From assembly GCA_965250265.1 (NCBI GenBank), contig CBDFNO010000012.1, positions 456,582-520,581 of the forward strand: DNA of 64,000 nt, written 5' to 3'. The stretch comes from Flavobacteriaceae bacterium. GTDB lineage: Bacteria; Bacteroidota; Bacteroidia; Flavobacteriales; Flavobacteriaceae. A program made the position numbers and the translations under genes. Positions 1 to 9,647 of this stretch are shown here, one piece after another (the stretch's first letter is position 1; every line of letters begins with the position of its first letter). A model generated the notes under the pieces. It saw nothing but the letters and a program-made list of their open reading frames with translations. It searched no databases and was not told the origin of the DNA.

Positions 1-658
1 TTACAGTATAATCACCACTTATTCCTATTTTAAGAGATTTTAGCCCTACATCGTAACAATGAATGTTCGCTTTCGATAAAAACTTCTTTTTAATCAAGGA
101 TGGGATCGTTTCACCCACAATTAATTCTTCATAATTATCTTTCATCGGTAAGTTAATATTGGAACTCAAAGGTGTAGCAGTTACTCCAAGCAAAAAAGAG
201 CTTTCAAAGTACTTAAAAAGCTTCCTGAACGAATTGTAATGCGCTTCGTCTACAATTACCAATCCTATATTTTTAATATCTAATTTATCTTCTTCAAGCC
301 TGTTATTGAGGGTTTCTACCATAGCGACAAAACACATATATTGGTCTTGGTCTTCAAGCTCTTTTACATCGCTGTTTATTATTTTATTAACCACATTAAA
401 CTCGGTTAACATTCTAGAAGTTTGCTTGCTCAACTCAATTCTATGAGTAAGAACCACAACCTTTTTTTTGGTTTCAGAAATGTACCGTCTTACTATTTCA
501 GAAAAAATTACGGTCTTCCCTCCTCCTGTTGGTAATTGATATAATAGGTTATAATTTGTGGGTTTTTCATGGAAACAATCAAAAATCTTTTTTAAATCTT
601 CTTTTTGATAATCGTATAAAGTCTTTAAAATTGTACTCTCTTTATTGTTCAATTTCAA
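1..658 (-). CDS. SF2 DEAD/DEAH-box helicase, N-terminal part (C-terminal part lies beyond the window start)
   Basis: The reverse-strand frame is open from the window edge. It shows LYQLPTGGGKTVIF (Walker A / motif I), GLVIVDEAHY (DEAH, motif II) and LLGVTATP (motif III). There is no ATG; the candidate starts are TTG at 658 or 652. Confidence 0.7.
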   Translation of the reverse strand, partial: MKLNNKESTILKTLYDYQKEDLKKIFDCFHEKPTNYNLLYQLPTGGGKTVIFSEIVRRYISETKKKVVVLTHRIELSKQTSRMLTEFNVVNKIINSDVKELEDQDQYMCFVAMVETLNNRLEEDKLDIKNIGLVIVDEAHYNSFRKLFKYFESSFLLGVTATPLSSNINLPMKDNYEELIVGETIPSLIKKKFLSKANIHCYDVGLKSLKIGISGDYTV

Positions 659-803
659 TTGGTTTTTTTGTAAAATTTAATCTTGCAATTTATAACATTG
701 CTGTGGTTTTGAAACCATATAAATAAAAAAGTTATACATATTATTTAATTCTCGTTGAAAAACTTGGTCTTTTTTATATTTTTACATTTAAACACCTTGA
801 TGA

Positions 804-3000
804 ATGAAAAAAATTACTTTTATTTTCTTAGTTCTAATACTCCACTTCCCTTTTAAAATAAATACACAAAACTCTGTTGCAAGAGACTGGAATGAAGAAT
901 TACTTAATGCCATTCGCATAGATTTTGCTAGACCTACAGTTCATGCAAGAAATTTATTTCATAGCTCAATTGTAATGTACGATGCATGGGCAATTTTTGA
1001 TAACCAGGCTGAAACCGTTTTTTTAGGAAAGACATTTAATGGATATAGATGTATGTTTAAGGGTATAAATACACCTGTAAATATAGATAATGCCAGACAT
1101 GAAATAATAAGCTACGGCATGTATCGATTATTAAACCACAGGTTTGCAAATTCACCAGGATCAGTTGCTTCGATAGTGGCTTTTAATACGCTTTTTACAT
1201 CTTATGGATATGATGAGAACATAACAACTACCGATTATTCTACAGGTTCATTTGCTGCATTAGGTAATTACCTTGCCAGTGAGATCATTGCTTTTGGTAA
1301 CCAAGATGGTTCAAACGAACAAAATGCATATGCGAATCAATATTATACTCCTGTTAACGATCCTTTAATTCTTGATATGTATTCTGAAACGAACGATCTC
1401 GTTGATCCAAATCGTTGGCAACCACTTGCTTTTGACGTGTTTATAGATCAGAGCGGAAATATTATACCACAAAATGTTCCAGCATTTTTAGGACCAGAAT
1501 GGGGTGAGGTAAAACCATTCTGCTTAAAAGCAAGCGATTTGGATATCTTAAATAATGGTTTTAATTCTTACGTTTATAAAGATCCTGATGCACCTGTTTA
1601 TATTCAAAACTCTAACGAAGATGGTATCGACGATCCTTACAAATGGCATTTTGCTTTGGTTGCATCATGGTCTTCTCAATTAGATCCAGCTGATCCTACA
1701 ATGATCGATATTTCTCCAGGAGCCATTGGAAATGTTGACATTGCAAATTTCCCTGAAACTTTTGAAGAATATAAAGCATTTTATGATTTTGCAAACGGTG
1801 GTGATTCAGGAACTGGTCATGCTCTTAATCCATTTACAAATGCGCCATACACACCACAAATTGTGAAAAGAGCAGACTATGCTAGAGTATTAGCAGAATT
1901 TTGGGCAGATGGACCTGATTCTGAAACACCTCCAGGACATTGGTTTACAATTATAAATTATGTTAGTGATCATCCACAGGTAGAAAGAAGGTTTGAAGGA
2001 CAAGGTCCTGTTTTAAATGATTTAGAATGGGATGTAAAATCCTATTTGGTATTAGGTGGTGCCATGCATGATTCAGCAGTTGATACTTGGGGAATTAAAG
2101 GCTATTATGATTATGTAAGGCCTATTTCGGCCATTACGATATATGGCAGGAAAAGGACAAAGTACAAATGCTTCTTTACCAAATTACGATCCTCATGGAT
2201 TGCCACTTATTCCGGGCTATATTGAACTTATAGAAACTGGAGATCCTCTTGCAGGACCTGGTGATGAAAATGTTGATAAAATTAAATTATTTATGCCTGG
2301 AAAGGGCCAGATTTTATTGCAAATCCAGATACAGATATTGCTGGTGTAGATTGGATTTTAGGAACACACTGGTGGCCATACCAAAGAGGTACATTTGTAA
2401 CACCGCCTTTTGCTGGTTATGTTTCGGGTCATTCTACATTTTCCAGAGCAGCTTCCGAAGTGTTAGCCATGATTATGGGTGATGCATTTTTTCCTGGAGG
2501 AATGGGCACTTTTGACGTTATTGCAAAATGAGTTTTTAGTCTTTGAAGAAGGACCTTCTCAAAATATGACATTGCAATGGGCAACCTATCGTGATGCATC
2601 AGACCAAACAAGCCTATCACGAATTTGGGGAGGCATACATCCCCCTATCGATGATATTCGTGGCCGAAAAATAGGCGAAGAAATAGGAATTGAAGCGTTT
2701 AACCTCTCACTGGATTATTTTAATGGTACTTTGGCAAGTCAAACATTTAAAGAAAATGAAACGACAAGACTCTACCCTATTCCGTTTAAAGATACATTTA
2801 CAATAAGGACAAAGTACAATGGCAGATTAGATATTGAACTATACAGTTTAGACGGAAAGCTCATATTTAACAAAAGCCTAGCCGCTAACTCAAATTCAAT
2901 CACTATAGAGACCTCTTTTTTGGTATCTGGTTTTTATTTCGCTAAAGTATTAGATGAAAATAATGAGATTGTTATGATTAAAAAAGTTATAAAAAACTAA
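804..3000 (+). pseudogene. PAP2 / vanadium-haloperoxidase-like secreted protein with a T9SS C-terminal sorting domain, broken by three 1-nt indels
   Basis: Four consecutive ORFs (804-2225, 2143-2349, a frame-0 stretch, 2479-3000) join into one protein. It has a signal peptide and the PAP2 motifs KGYYDYVRP, YVSGHS and SRIWGGIHPPIDD. The C-terminus (RLYPIPFKD...FYFAKVLDENNEIVMIKKVIKN) looks like a Por secretion tail. Frame changes are at about 2137 (+1), 2294 (-1) and the A-run 2525-2528 (+1). Confidence 0.7.
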
Positions 3001-3049
3001 TACAGAATCATTTTTAGTATGTTATTTTTGTACCCTGATAAAATAACAA

Positions 3050-4297
3050 ATGGATTTTCTTAAGCATTTACTTTACGATTATTTAGTTTCTGTTGGATTG
3101 ACAGAATCTTTAGCGAAATATCTTAATATGATAGGATTGCTACTTGTATTATTATTAATTGTTTTCATAATCGATTTTATAACAAGGAAAATTTTGCTTT
3201 CTGTTTTCACCAGATTTGCCAGTAAGTCAAAATCAAATTTTGATGATATATTAGTTACTAATAAGGTACCTCGAAATATAGCTCATATAATTCCATTGCT
3301 CATTACTTTAGAGTTCATTCCTATCGTTTTTTCAGATTTTGACTATGTCGAAAATATTGTAGAAAAAGGTTTGCAGGTATTTGCTATTATACTAATCCTT
3401 TGGATAGTTAGAAGTCTTTTAAATACTTTGAAGGACTTTTTTAAAACACTACCAAGACTAAAAGACAAGCCTATAGATAGTTATATACAAGTATTTATGA
3501 TTTTTGCTTGGGTTGTAGGATTGTTTTCAGCCATCGCAATTATAACTGGAACTCCATTCATAGCTTTTGTTACTGGGCTTGGTGCAGCTTCTGCCATAAT
3601 TATTTTAGTCTTTAGAGATACTATCCTTGGCTTTGTAGCAAGTATACAAGTGTCTATTAACGATATGGTACATATTGGTGATTGGATTACGTTTGAAAAG
3701 TATGGTGCAGATGGTGATGTTATCGAAATAAATTTGTCTACTGTTAAAGTTCAGAACTTTGATAAAACAATAACTACGATTCCTACCTATGCATTGATTT
3801 CCGATTCGTTTAAGAATTGGAGAGGCATGGAAAAATCTGATGGTAGGCGTATTAAGAGATCTTTAAACATTAAGTTAGATAGCATAAAGTATCTCTCTAA
3901 AAATGAAGTAGATAAGCTAAAGGAAATTGATTTAATTTCTTCATATCTGGAAAAACGTCAATCCGATATTTCAGAGTTTAACACTGAAAATAATATCAAT
4001 AAAGATTTGTTGTTAAATGGAAGGAATTTAACCAACATTGGAGTGTTCAGAAAATATTTGGAAACCTATGTAGAACAGCACTCTGCTATTAATAAAGATA
4101 TGATGATTATGGCACGTCAGTTAGCACCATCAACCCAAGGTATTCCATTAGAGATTTATGCGTTTAGTAGTGATAAGCGTTGGCAAAATTACGAATATAT
4201 CATGTCTGATATTTTCGATCATCTTATTGCAGCTGTACCATATTTTGATTTAGAAATATTTGAGCTTCCGAATAATTCTAGCTTTTTAGTAAAATAA
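3050..4297 (+). CDS. Mechanosensitive ion channel (MscS family)
   Basis: 415 aa with N-terminal TM helices followed by an MscS-type beta domain (IQVSINDMVHIGDWITF...DGDVIEINLSTVKVQNFDKTITTIPT). Confidence 0.85.
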   Translation: MDFLKHLLYDYLVSVGLTESLAKYLNMIGLLLVLLLIVFIIDFITRKILLSVFTRFASKSKSNFDDILVTNKVPRNIAHIIPLLITLEFIPIVFSDFDYVENIVEKGLQVFAIILILWIVRSLLNTLKDFFKTLPRLKDKPIDSYIQVFMIFAWVVGLFSAIAIITGTPFIAFVTGLGAASAIIILVFRDTILGFVASIQVSINDMVHIGDWITFEKYGADGDVIEINLSTVKVQNFDKTITTIPTYALISDSFKNWRGMEKSDGRRIKRSLNIKLDSIKYLSKNEVDKLKEIDLISSYLEKRQSDISEFNTENNINKDLLLNGRNLTNIGVFRKYLETYVEQHSAINKDMMIMARQLAPSTQGIPLEIYAFSSDKRWQNYEYIMSDIFDHLIAAVPYFDLEIFELPNNSSFLVK

Positions 4298-4305
4298 AAA
4301 GACAA

Positions 4306-5364
4306 TTAAATATTACTGGCCAACCAATCTCCTACTTCACTGGTTTTGTATGCTTTGTTGTTACCAGACAAGTCTTCGGTTACTATGCCTTCGGCAAGTG
4401 ATTTGTTCACAACATTACGTATAGCTTCAGCCTCCTCCTTCAATCCGAAAGCGTCTTCAAACATCATCGCTGCCGATAATACAGTAGCTAACGGATTTGC
4501 AATATCCAGTCCTGTTGCCTGCGGATATGAACCATGAATAGGCTCAAACAAAGCAGTGTGTTCACCAACAGAAGCCGATGGCATTAAGCCCATAGAGCCA
4601 GAAATTACAGAGGCTTCATCGGTTAAAATATCGCCAAATAAGTTTTCGGTAATCAATACATCATAAGAATTTGGCCATTGTACCAATCGCATAGCAACTG
4701 CATCAACAAACTCATAGCTTACTTCTACTTCAGGATAATCTTTTTCCATTGCCTGAACAGTTTCTCTCCACAAACGCGAAGTTTCCAAAACGTTGGCTTT
4801 ATCTACACAACACAATCTTTTAGAGCGTGTCATCGCCAGTTTAAAACCTTTATTAGCTAATCTTTTTACTTCATCTCTGGTATAGACACAATTATCAAAT
4901 GCTGTTTCACCTTCATCTCTCCTACCCTTTTCCCCGAAGTATATACCACCTGTTAGTTCTCTTAAAAACACTAAATCTGTACCTTCAATGCGTTCCCTTT
5001 TTAAAGGAGAATTATCAATGAGTGAAGGAAATGTAAAGGTTGGACGTACATTGGCAAATAAGCCTAATTTTTTACGCATTTTTAATAAACCTTGCTCGGG
5101 ACGTACTTTAGCACTAGGATCGTTATCATATTTAGGATGGCCAATAGCGCCAAACAATACCGCGTCAGCATTCATACATATTTCGTGGGTTTCATCAGGA
5201 TAAGGCTCACCAACAGCATCTATCGCTGCAGCACCAGTAATCCCTGAAGTCCATGTGATATCATGATTGAATTTTTTTGCAATGGCATCACTTACTTTTA
5301 CGGCTTGGTCTATAACTTCAGGTCCAATACCATCACCAGCTAGAAGTGCAATATTTAATTTCAT
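4306..5364 (-). CDS. leuB: 3-isopropylmalate dehydrogenase
   Basis: 352 aa starting MKLNIALLAGDGIGPEV, with the isocitrate/isopropylmalate dehydrogenase signature NLFGDILTDEAS. It is the last gene of the leu cluster. Confidence 0.95.
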   Translation of the reverse strand: MKLNIALLAGDGIGPEVIDQAVKVSDAIAKKFNHDITWTSGITGAAAIDAVGEPYPDETHEICMNADAVLFGAIGHPKYDNDPSAKVRPEQGLLKMRKKLGLFANVRPTFTFPSLIDNSPLKRERIEGTDLVFLRELTGGIYFGEKGRRDEGETAFDNCVYTRDEVKRLANKGFKLAMTRSKRLCCVDKANVLETSRLWRETVQAMEKDYPEVEVSYEFVDAVAMRLVQWPNSYDVLITENLFGDILTDEASVISGSMGLMPSASVGEHTALFEPIHGSYPQATGLDIANPLATVLSAAMMFEDAFGLKEEAEAIRNVVNKSLAEGIVTEDLSGNNKAYKTSEVGDWLASNI

Positions 5365-5384
5365 ATATTTATCTTCAATATTTT

Positions 5385-6998
5385 TTATTTGTCAGAAGCG
5401 ACATTCATGTAATCTTTTCTTTGAGAGTCAATATTACTAGAGACGAATGTTTCATCAGTATTTCCTGTAGTAATCTTATTAGTTATAATATTGAGCATTT
5501 TTTCTGTAGCTTTTATTGCAGATACTGCTTGATCTGAATCCAATCCACGAGTTTTGAATTCTTTTTCAGTATCCTTCCAAGTTATAATAGTTTCGCATAA
5601 AGCATCCGAATGACTACCTGGAGGAATTCGTACAGCATAATCAACTAATTCAGGTAAAACCAAATCCATCTTTTTGAAAACACTTCTTATGGCATTCATA
5701 AAGGCATCAAATTGCCCATCTCCTAACGCATGTTGCTCGTGAGTATCTCCATCTATAGTTATAGAAATTGTTGTAGAAGGTCGTAAACCTTTAGAATGTG
5801 TTAAAACATAGGAATCTACACGAACTCTTTCTACATGAGAATAATTGTCTAAAACTTCAGCAATTATATATGGTAAATCTTCTTTAGTTACTACTTGTTT
5901 TTTATCACCCAACTCAATAATTCTTTGGGTTACTTTTTTTAAATCCTCATCATTTAATTGCAATCCAAGGTCCTGTAAATTCTTTTGAATATTAGCCTTT
6001 CCAGATGCTTTCCCCAACGCATATTCGCGCTTTCTACCAAATCGTTCAGGTAATAAATCGTTAAAATAAAGATTCTTTTTGTTATCACCATCCGCATGTA
6101 TACCTGCAGTTTGTGTAAAAACATTCGCTCCTATAACGGGTTTGTTAGCAGGAATCATAAATGCAGAAAAAGTTTCAACCAACTTACTTACAGTATATAA
6201 AGATTTTTCATTTACAGCAATTTGAAGGTTTGTCATAAAATCGTTTATAACAGCCACAACACTCGCCAAAGGTGCATTTCCTGCACGTTCTCCCATGCCA
6301 TTTACTGTTAAATGAAGCCCATCCGCTCCTGCTTTTAGGGCTTCCATAACATTAGCAACACTCAAATCGTAATCATTATGTGCATGAAAATCGAAATGCA
6401 AATGAGGATATTTTGCCTTAATTTCTGAAATAAAATGGAATGCTTCTCTAGGTGTTAATACACCTAAAGTATCTGGAAGCATGATTCGTTTTAGAGGTTG
6501 TTGTGATAGAAATTCTAAAAATTCAAAAACATATGCTTTTGAATTTCGCATACCGTTACTCCAATCTTCCAAATAAACATTAGTTTCAATACCATTTTTC
6601 CGGGCAAGTTTAACAACTTCTGAAATTTCTGCAAAATGCTGTTTAGGAGTTTTTTTTAATTGATATGTTAAATGATTTAATGAGCCTTTAGTTAATAAAT
6701 TCTGAACTTTGGCACCAGCTTCTACCATCCATTCAATAGAAACACCTTTATCTACAAAAGTTAATACTTCGACAGCATTTAAATAATCATTTTTTGAAGC
6801 CCAATTTGTGATTCTTTTTACGGCTTGGAACTCTCCTTCTGATACTCTTGCTGAAGCTATTTCAATCCTATCTACTCTTAATTCTTCTAATAAAAGTTTT
6901 GCTATGGTTAATTTTTCTGATGCAGAAAATGATACGCTCGAGGTTTGTTCGCCATCGCGCAATGTTGTATCCATTATTTCAATTCTCCGCGTATCCAT
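5385..6998 (-). CDS. leuA: 2-isopropylmalate synthase (LeuA/CimA family)
   Basis: 537 aa with IMDTTLRDGEQ and HAHNDYDLSVAN motifs and a C-terminal LeuA-type regulatory domain. It lies between leuD and leuB. Confidence 0.85.
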   Translation of the reverse strand: MDTRRIEIMDTTLRDGEQTSSVSFSASEKLTIAKLLLEELRVDRIEIASARVSEGEFQAVKRITNWASKNDYLNAVEVLTFVDKGVSIEWMVEAGAKVQNLLTKGSLNHLTYQLKKTPKQHFAEISEVVKLARKNGIETNVYLEDWSNGMRNSKAYVFEFLEFLSQQPLKRIMLPDTLGVLTPREAFHFISEIKAKYPHLHFDFHAHNDYDLSVANVMEALKAGADGLHLTVNGMGERAGNAPLASVVAVINDFMTNLQIAVNEKSLYTVSKLVETFSAFMIPANKPVIGANVFTQTAGIHADGDNKKNLYFNDLLPERFGRKREYALGKASGKANIQKNLQDLGLQLNDEDLKKVTQRIIELGDKKQVVTKEDLPYIIAEVLDNYSHVERVRVDSYVLTHSKGLRPSTTISITIDGDTHEQHALGDGQFDAFMNAIRSVFKKMDLVLPELVDYAVRIPPGSHSDALCETIITWKDTEKEFKTRGLDSDQAVSAIKATEKMLNIITNKITTGNTDETFVSSNIDSQRKDYMNVASDK

Positions 6999-7595
6999 TT
7001 AATATACTAGATCATTAGCAAAAGTCTCAATGTCTTGTTTTATATTTTCTAAATAATCAATGTCATCAAAACCATTGAGCATGTTTTCTTTTTTATAGCT
7101 ATTAATTTCAAAAGACTCTTGAGCACCAGTTGAAAGAATTGTGATATTCTGCTCTTGAAGATTTACTTCAATTTCCGTTTTAGGGTCATCGTAAACAGCA
7201 TTAAAAATTTGTTTAGCAAATTCATCACTTACCTGCACTGGTAAAACGCCAATATTCAAGCAATTATTTCTAAAAATATCAGCAAAGAAACTAGAAATAA
7301 CACAACGAAAACCATAATCGTAAACTGCCCAGGCTGCATGTTCTCTTGATGAGCCAGAACCAAAATTCATTCCGCCAATTAAAATCTTTCCGCCATAAAT
7401 AGGATTGTTTAAAACAAAACTTTCTTTAGGCGAATTATCACTATTATATCTCCAATCACGAAACAAGTTACCACCAAAACCTTCACGTTTAGTCGCTTTT
7501 AAAAATCGTGCTGGAATGATTTGATCGGTATCTACGTTTTCCAAAGGCAAAGGAACTGCTGTACTTTTTAACGTATTGAATTTATCGTAAGTCAT
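6999..7595 (-). CDS. leuD: 3-isopropylmalate dehydratase small subunit
   Basis: 198 aa with VDTDQIIPARFL and GGMNFGSGSSREHAAWA motifs. It abuts leuA. Confidence 0.95.
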   Translation of the reverse strand: MTYDKFNTLKSTAVPLPLENVDTDQIIPARFLKATKREGFGGNLFRDWRYNSDNSPKESFVLNNPIYGGKILIGGMNFGSGSSREHAAWAVYDYGFRCVISSFFADIFRNNCLNIGVLPVQVSDEFAKQIFNAVYDDPKTEIEVNLQEQNITILSTGAQESFEINSYKKENMLNGFDDIDYLENIKQDIETFANDLVY

Positions 7596-7645
7596 ATTTT
7601 TTCAATTAATTATTAACATATACAATGAACAATTGCTTTTTGATT

Positions 7646-9040
7646 TTAGATTAAAGTTCTTGGATCGGTTACTACTCCAGTTATTGCTGCTGCTGCTGCT
7701 ACTAATGGACTTGCTAGCAATGTTCTTGATCCCGGACCTTGTCGTCCTTCAAAGTTTCTGTTTGATGTACTTACAGCGTATTTCCCTGCTGGAATTTTAT
7801 CATCATTCATAGCCAAACACGCAGAACATCCTGGTTGCCTTAATGTAAAACCTGCATCAGTAATTATATCAAGAATACCTTCTTCTTTTATTTGTTCTTC
7901 TACTTCATGTGAACCTGGAACTAACCAAGCTGTCAAACCTTCAGCTTTTTTCTTTCCGTTAATAATCGAAGCAAAAGCCCTAAAATCCTCTATTCTACCA
8001 TTGGTACAACTTCCTATAAAAACAAAATCTACTAGCTTCCCAATCATAGGTTCATTCTCTTCATAACCCATATAATCCAAAGATTTTTTATAGGTTTCTT
8101 TTCCACCTTTAAGCGAACCAGCAAAAGGAATACTTTGAGATATTCCCAATCCCATTCCTGGGTTTGTTCCGTAAGTAATCATTGGCTCAATGTCACTTGC
8201 TTTAAACGTTATTTCTTTATCAAAGGTAGCATCAGCATCAGTTTTTAATTTTCTCCACTGTGCCACTGCATTATCCCAAGCTTCACCTTTTAATGATAAT
8301 GGTCTTCCTTTTAAATACGCAAAAGTTGTTTCATCGGGTGCAATCATGCCTCCACGAGCTCCCATTTCGATACTTAAATTACATACAGTCATACGACCTT
8401 CCATCGTCATGTTTTCAAACACATCTCCTGCATATTCAACAAAATAACCTGTGGCTCCAGAAGTTGATAATTGGGAAATAATATACAAAGCCACATCTTT
8501 TGGAGTTACACCTTTGCCTAATTGACCATTCAAATTGATGCGCATTTTTTTAGGCTTGGGTTGCATGATACATTGCGTGGAAAGCACCATTTCGACCTCT
8601 GAAGTCCCTATACCAAAAGCAATAGCACCAAAAGCACCATGAGTTGACGTATGTGAATCTCCACATACAATAGTTGCCCCTGGAAATGTAATTCCATTTT
8701 CAGGACCTACAACATGTACGATACCGTTTTTTTTGTGTCCCAGTCCCCAATGACTAATACCATACTCATTGGAATTATCTTCTAATGCTTTTAATTGATT
8801 TGCCGATAAAGGGTCTTCAACTGGTAAATGCTGATTAATGGTTGGTGTGTTATGATCGGCAGTTGCATATGTTCGTTCAGGATATAATACATTTAGTCCT
8901 CTGCTTTTTAATCCAAGAAAAGCAACTGGACTAGTAACTTCGTGAATGAAATGACGGTCTATAAAAAATACGTCAGGTCCTCCTTCAATTTTTCTAACAA
9001 CATGCGAATCCCATACTTTGTCAAACAATGTTTTACTCAT
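7646..9040 (-). CDS. leuC: 3-isopropylmalate dehydratase large subunit
   Basis: Aconitase-family motifs ([34 protein letters not shown]). The ATG at 9040 ([15 protein letters not shown]) is preferred over the ORF-track start at 9106. Confidence 0.95.
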   Translation of the reverse strand: MSKTLFDKVWDSHVVRKIEGGPDVFFIDRHFIHEVTSPVAFLGLKSRGLNVLYPERTYATADHNTPTINQHLPVEDPLSANQLKALEDNSNEYGISHWGLGHKKNGIVHVVGPENGITFPGATIVCGDSHTSTHGAFGAIAFGIGTSEVEMVLSTQCIMQPKPKKMRINLNGQLGKGVTPKDVALYIISQLSTSGATGYFVEYAGDVFENMTMEGRMTVCNLSIEMGARGGMIAPDETTFAYLKGRPLSLKGEAWDNAVAQWRKLKTDADATFDKEITFKASDIEPMITYGTNPGMGLGISQSIPFAGSLKGGKETYKKSLDYMGYEENEPMIGKLVDFVFIGSCTNGRIEDFRAFASIINGKKKAEGLTAWLVPGSHEVEEQIKEEGILDIITDAGFTLRQPGCSACLAMNDDKIPAGKYAVSTSNRNFEGRQGPGSRTLLASPLVAAAAAITGVVTDPRTLI

Positions 9041-9117
9041 ATTATTCCTTGAATTTTTAATTAATTTATTTGTGTGGACAAAATTAGATAATAGATTATA
9101 TTTCAAGCTTACAAACG

Positions 9118-9164
9118 TATAAAAAGCATTTTTTTCAAAATCAAATTTATATATCTAAAATGCT
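9118..9164 (-). terminator. Hairpin plus U-tract between the thioesterase gene and leuC
   Basis: On the minus strand, AGCATTTT pairs with AAAATGCT (8 bp, about 24-nt loop) and is followed by TTTTT. It could end the upstream transcript or attenuate the leu operon. Confidence 0.4.
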
Positions 9165-9258
9165 GGTTATTATCTTATTATAGCTTGTTAAATGTGATGC
9201 TCAAAGGCGATTTTAATACAATAAAATTAGGCGATTACTACTTAATTTAATTTTTCAA

Positions 9259-9645
9259 CTATTTTAACCTATTACCAACAAATTCTATTTGAGTTTTTCC
9301 ATGTGGTGTTGGTTTGCCATCAGAACCAAGATTAACCATCACTATTTTTTCAATAGTTATAATAGTGGCTTTAGTCATCATATTACGTACTTCGACACGT
9401 AATGTTATGGAGGCTGTTCCAAATTTTGTGACTACAATTCCAATTTCAATGATATCGCCTTCTTTTGCAGAAGATTTAAAATCAATTTCAGTAATATATT
9501 TTGTGACTACCTGAGAATTTTCTAGCTGTATAATTGTATATAAAGCGGCTTCTTCATCAATCCATTCTAAAAGACGACCTCCAAATAAAGTGCCATTTGG
9601 GTTTAAGTCTTCAGGTTTTACCCACTTTCTAGTATGAAATTTCAT
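9259..9645 (-). CDS. Acyl-CoA thioesterase (hotdog fold, YciA-like)
   Basis: 128 aa. The pattern LNPNGTLFGGRLLEWIDEEA is typical of 4HBT/acyl-CoA thioester hydrolases. Confidence 0.75.
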   Translation of the reverse strand: MKFHTRKWVKPEDLNPNGTLFGGRLLEWIDEEAALYTIIQLENSQVVTKYITEIDFKSSAKEGDIIEIGIVVTKFGTASITLRVEVRNMMTKATIITIEKIVMVNLGSDGKPTPHGKTQIEFVGNRLK

Positions 9646-9647
9646 AG

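Noticed and set aside
529-726. 65-aa plus-strand ORF
   Set aside because: It lies antisense to the N-terminus of the helicase gene and runs into AT-rich promoter DNA. Its low-complexity hydrophobic translation is typical of a shadow ORF.
7681-7700. GCT trinucleotide repeat
   Set aside because: It simply encodes the AAAAA stretch at the LeuC C-terminus and is not a regulatory repeat.
9041-9106. N-terminal extension of leuC in the ORF track ([14 protein letters not shown]...)
   Set aside because: The canonical LeuC N-terminus begins at the ATG at 9040. The extension has no homology-like features.
9041-9258. Search for a Leu-rich leader peptide or T-box upstream of leuC
   Set aside because: Only a 6-codon ORF (MLFIRL) overlaps the hairpin, with no run of Leu codons. 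The hairpin is explained equally well as the terminator of the upstream thioesterase gene. The direct repeat AATCGCCT (twice) was noted, but it is too short to interpret.
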